Of a stretch of 64,000 nt of DNA, positions 59,546 to 64,000 are shown in pieces. The notes beneath the pieces are model-generated. The model did not search any database. It saw only the letters and a list, made by a program, of their open reading frames with translations, and was not told the origin of the DNA. The DNA comes from Eledone cirrhosa. Taxonomy: Eukaryota. Both the position numbers and the translations under genes were made by a program. The DNA lies in the NCBI GenBank assembly GCA_964016885.1, contig OZ024743.1, positions 26,970,001 through 27,034,000 of the forward strand, in the 5' to 3' direction. Each line of letters opens with the position of its first letter. Within the stretch, counting starts at the first letter, position 1.

Positions 59546-60981
59546 GGTGGAAATTGAACTCAGAATACTCTCACCCACCATTTGTAAAAGCCATCAGTGG
59601 GCAGTGTCTTCCTTTCTACATCTACATGGTATTTGAAGAAGTTGATATGGGCTTGGCCAACTCTTTTAGTTCTGTCCACCACACAATCTCCATCACAGAC
59701 ACCTGGTAACCACCTTTTCTTGCCAAAAGATAGCAGTGAGTTAATCTTCATTGTAGATTTAGCTGATCTATACAGAATAGAAGCGGTTCAACACAAGCTC
59801 ACAAGTCAGCAATGCATGGATATTGAATGAATACATGCATATTCAATTACTGGTGCTTCCATTCCAGTGGCGCTTGTCCCAGAAAGGTAACCCTCTCACC
59901 GTAGCACAACTGGGTCAAAGTCATTTTGAAAATTGGCCATAATCCCCAACCTAAAACTCATCCAGAAGAGACAACTTAGTGTTCTCAGCAACAACCAGAA
60001 TCATTCCCAGGCCATTGTCCTTCATATATTCCTCTAATCCTTCTTTCTTCCTTTTCTCTTTTCCTCTCCCACTTTCTAATCTTTTTTCTTCTCTCTTCCT
60101 TTGTCTTTCTACTCTCTCAGAATGCCATTTTGACACACTCCAGCAAAAGTCATCATCATCATCATCACCATCATTTAGTGTTCATTTTCCATGCTAGCAT
60201 AGGTTCCCCTTCACTATTCCAACTCTTTGTCTCTTATTAATCACCTAAAAAGTAACCTTGCTGAATCTCCTCTCTTCTTTCTTCTGTGTCAGCTGCAAAG
60301 TCTTTAATTTCTTTTCAATGTTTTCATCATATAACACAATTGTATTCATCTCACTTTATTTACTTTCGAAAAAATCTCTTAGTTTGTCTCCTTTGCTTTT
60401 TCTTTCAGTGAACTTCTGTTTGTTGGATTGGCAGTATTGGTAGAGAGTTGGGCAACTGATGCACTAAAGGTGAACAGTACCATTCTTAGCTTCAAAATTG
60501 GACTATATAACCTATAGTGGTGGTTGAAGAAGTGATATTGTTTCAAGTGTTATGTCAGTGTCTTATAATATGCTATTTTTGCAATCTTTGTAACAAAAAT
60601 ACTCGCAGATTGTAGTATACATTGAAAATGTTTTCATTTTCAACCTCCAAATCCTTCCTTCTTCTTTTCTCTCGTTCCATTTTCCACCCTCTCTCTCTCT
60701 TCTGTCTTCTTTCTTCATAATAAAGAAAGAGTAAGAAATAGAAAATTTGATTGAGAAAGAGAGAGAGAGAGAGAGAGAGTTTTGTTGATATTATGTTTAA
60801 TTATGTACATATAATAATGACCCTCCTTCAAAATTGATTCAGTTGTCAACATATATGTACGTCAACACACATCTGTCGGCAATATTTATTGATATGAAAT
60901 ATCTGAATAAATTTACTCACACATACATATGCAAACAGACACGCACACACATACGAGCCCATATAAATATATATATATGTA

Positions 60982-61345
60982 TCATCATCATCATCAGGTT
61001 TAGCGTCCGTGTTCCACGCTTGCATGGGTTTGGACGGGGGTTTTCCCACTTGAGGCAAGAGTGGTTGTCTTGCTCGCATAGGACTGTCTGGCGGGTTTTC
61101 TACAGTTGGATGCCCTTCCTAACACCAACCACATTTACAGTGTGGGGCTGGGAGGTTTTTACCGTGTTGCCTACACGGCCACATTACAGCGTGGACTGTC
61201 TGGCGGGTTTTCTACAGCTGGATGCCCTTCCTAACACCAACCACATTTACAGTGTGGGGCTGGGAGGTTTTTACCGTGTTGCCTACACGGCCACATTTAC
61301 AGCGTGGACTGTGTGTTTTTTTGTTGTGACACCTACACGATCTCA
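60982..61345 (-). mobile_element. RTE-tail-type element with an internal tandem duplication of about 112 bp
   Basis: Stem-loop tail at about 61000-61040; units start at 61081 and 61193; shares GATGCCCTTCCTAACACCAACC with SINE B and the RTE UTR. Confidence 0.75.
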
Positions 61346-61964
61346 TTTGTTTCGGCCTGGATGTTGTGGGACCAACATAACTTTACATTGAAAGGGGCGG
61401 TGTGGATGGGGTGGAGGTGGTGGGACGGGGGGGGGTATATATATATATATATATATGCACATGTACATGTACATATATATATATGTAAATATATATATAT
61501 GTACATATAAAACCATATATATATAAAACAAAAACATATATATATATTTACATATATATATATGTAAATATATATATATGTACATATAAAACCATGAAAC
61601 CATGTTGTCTCTTATCAAGACAAAGCGAGATTGTATTTCATTAAATACATATAAAAACGAGAAAACTCATCGCTAGAACAGCTGTTAAAACAGCTAAATG
61701 CTGTCAAAGACAGCGATGGGCAAAAATGCCTCAGAGGACAGAGACCAGTGGCCAGTGGTCAACAGAGAGACAATCCATAATGTGGATGACAGGCAGATAA
61801 AATAGAGAAAAGATTGAAAGAAGCGGAGGACAAGGAGAAGTGTGCTGGCACACAGAACTGACTGGAAGAAGGTAATAAAGAAAGGCGATGTAGAAGACAA
61901 ATTGACACACACATCTTCACCCTCATCAGCTCTCAAACCAGCAATTAAATAGTGTGAAACCATT

Positions 61965-62830
61965 TATCAATCTACATTCTGTTGTAAAGTTATTTTTGTG
62001 ATCCTTCAAGGTAATAAGGGCATCACGTTCAGCTAAGTGTTCTACTCTAATATCAATCTTAAAATTTCTGACAATATCTTTGGCTTCATCGTTTGTAGGT
62101 GTTAGGTTTGGTCTTCTGGTATTTCTTAGTTATGTTATTAAGGATAAGGTGGTTATACTTTTCTTTATCTAGTTTATACAAATTTTTTGTCTTGTCTGAA
62201 AAAACAAAGACACTATTAGATGATTTGAATTTTTAAATGTCATCAAAAACAGTGGTCACCAACCTTTTGGACCTCACAGACAACTAAATTCCTAATTTTA
62301 AATCCAGCGGACCACTAATATGAATTAATGGTCAATGGTCGAAATAATACAGAAGTGTATGTGTGTCATATTGTCAAGAAATGATACATATATATAAAAT
62401 TTTTTTATGGATGTTAGCTCTTTACTGAAAAGATATTTTGGGGGGGGGGGGGGGGGTATAAAATATATTTTAACCGAATATTATTTTTGTTTTATTATTA
62501 ATAAAACATAATCAAAGTTGCAAATAATGTCCACATTTTTCTGCGGACCATCAACATTTTCTCTCAGACCACCAGTTGGTGATCGCTCTTCTAAAAGTGT
62601 ATTTTGGAAAGGATTATAGTATTTATGGAACTTGATATTGGAGACTAAATCTAACAGGTTAGCTTTGAATGGGGCTAAATCCTTAACTATGGTGGTGGTG
62701 ATGGCCATGTCAACATCAAAGAGAACAACTTTCCATCTCAATCTATGTACAATATCTTCTACTTTATTGAGAAGAAATTTGGTGCAGGCAGTGCAGGTGA
62801 CCATCACATTCAGATGTGAATTAGGCATTA
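61965..62830 (-). mobile_element. Penelope-like element N-terminal/RT fragment (DKT motif), decayed
   Basis: NKVEDIVHRLRWK, FQNTL, VFVFSDKTKNLYKL, ITLKDHKNNF...RLIN; split by the MITE at 62250-62588. Confidence 0.8.
62250..62588. mobile_element. hAT/Charlie-type MITE
   Basis: TIRs CAGTGGTCACCAAC / GTTGGTGATCGCTC; 8-bp flanks ATCAAAAA / TTCTAAAA (6/8 match); the PLE protein continues on both sides. Confidence 0.75.
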
Positions 62831-63134
62831 TCTCATGATAAATTCACATCAGAGGTCATCTGAACAGTTTTTTTCTAGAAAAATACACTCAAAAGGCAAT
62901 GGTCAGCCTGAGGTTATATTAGAAGACACATATCTTAAAGTTCCACACGGTGAGATAGATACCAAAACCATGTGGCTGCAAAGTGATCTCTTTTATTACA
63001 CCACATGTCAACATCTACACACACACATCATCATCATCATATATATACTTTTTATATATGGCTAAGAGATGAGTCTTGTTACTCTGAAGTTTCACCTGTG
63101 CACTCACAAGATCATATGTCACTGGCAATATACC

Positions 63135-63196
63135 TAAGAATAACATTAAGAAAGATGCTGTGTTTACATAAAGCATCTTTCTTAATGTTATTCTTA
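63135..63196. repeat. Perfect hairpin, 25-bp arms, 12-nt loop
   Basis: TAAGAATAACATTAAGAAAGATGCT / AGCATCTTTCTTAATGTTATTCTTA. Confidence 0.9.
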
Positions 63197-63302
63197 TACT
63201 GAATCTCCATAGTAATGTAGAGAGCTTTCTCCTGCTTATTCCTGTTTTTACCAAAGTGACAACCCAGCTCACATGGATATACACATTTTTACTGAAGATA
63301 TA

Positions 63303-63851
63303 TCATCATCATCATCATCACTGTTTTACGTCCATTCTTCCACTCTAGCATGGGTTAGACGTGTTGTTCCGTTGTGAGCGATGTTAGGTAGGATGACCTT
63401 GTCTTGCTCATATGGGAACTGATTTTGGCTTGATTTTTACAGCTGGATGCCCTTCCTAACACCAACCTCATTTACAGTGAGTGCTGAGTGCTTTTTTTTC
63501 CCGTGACACCTACACAACCACTTTACAGTGTGGGCTGGGTGCTTTTTTGTTGTGACACCTCCACGACCACCCTGCAGTGGGAGGGGATGGGGGCATATAT
63601 ATATATGCTTGAGCTTCGGCTTGTTGCTGTGGGAAGTCAGGTCTTCTGTATTACTGCATGACACCAGAGATCATGATCCTGTGTCATCACCGTTGAAAGG
63701 TGTAAATTAGGCAAGGTCTGCTTTTATCACCTCACCCCAGGTCTTCTTGGGTCTCCCCACTCCATGGCTTCCATCAAATTTTAGTGCTCTGCATCTTTTT
63801 ATGCAGCTGTCATCCTTCATATGCATTTCATGTCCATACCAACGCATCCTC

Positions 63852-63855
<4 letters not shown>
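63303..63855 (-). mobile_element. RTE-clade LINE 3' fragment, family 1 (older copy)
   Basis: RRMRWYGH...GRPKKTW, with UTR and tail matching 26971-27500. Confidence 0.85.
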
Positions 63856-63908
<53 letters not shown>

Positions 63909-64000
63909 GTGATGTGCATAAAAGATGTAGTGGGATCACAGGTAAGCTAACTAAGAATATAGATTTTATATGTGGCCGGTGCTCTGGTGCAATAAGTAGC

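Noticed and set aside
59560-59960. Possible LINE endonuclease relic on the minus strand; possible RT relic at about 55900-56300
   Set aside because: Only vague motif echoes; too decayed to call without an HMM search.

Overview
AT-rich, microsatellite-dense eukaryotic (animal) DNA made almost entirely of transposable-element relics. The repeat types (tRNA-derived SINEs, RTE/CR1/Tx1 LINEs, Penelope-like elements inserted in (TA)n) resemble a mollusc, probably octopod, genome; this is inference and was not checked. No confident host gene was found. Main content: (1) two divergent Tx1/L1-clade LINEs on the minus strand (1-5873, decayed; 17451-23296, with an uninterrupted 1143-aa ORF2), both abutting microsatellites; (2) CR1 and RTE LINE fragments and two abundant SINE families; (3) several Penelope-like element (PLE) remnants carrying hammerhead-ribozyme motifs, two with a CCGANGA core; (4) a young non-autonomous Gypsy-type LTR element (366-bp LTRs with no difference seen, CAGG TSD, tRNA-Trp PBS) with an antisense integrase piece, nested in a PLE; (5) a DD37D (maT) Tc1/mariner relic plus piggyBac- and hAT-type MITEs; (6) a 3-kb ORF in which about 80 copies of a 30-bp unit encode a Pro/Thr repeat ending in a PHD finger. 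Best leads: a 51-52 nt GT-AG segment over the ORF1 stop of both Tx1 families that would fuse ORF1 to ORF2 in frame, the variant hammerheads, the PBS/integrase microhomology inversion, and the repeat-PHD ORF. Boundaries of decayed elements were read by eye and are approximate.
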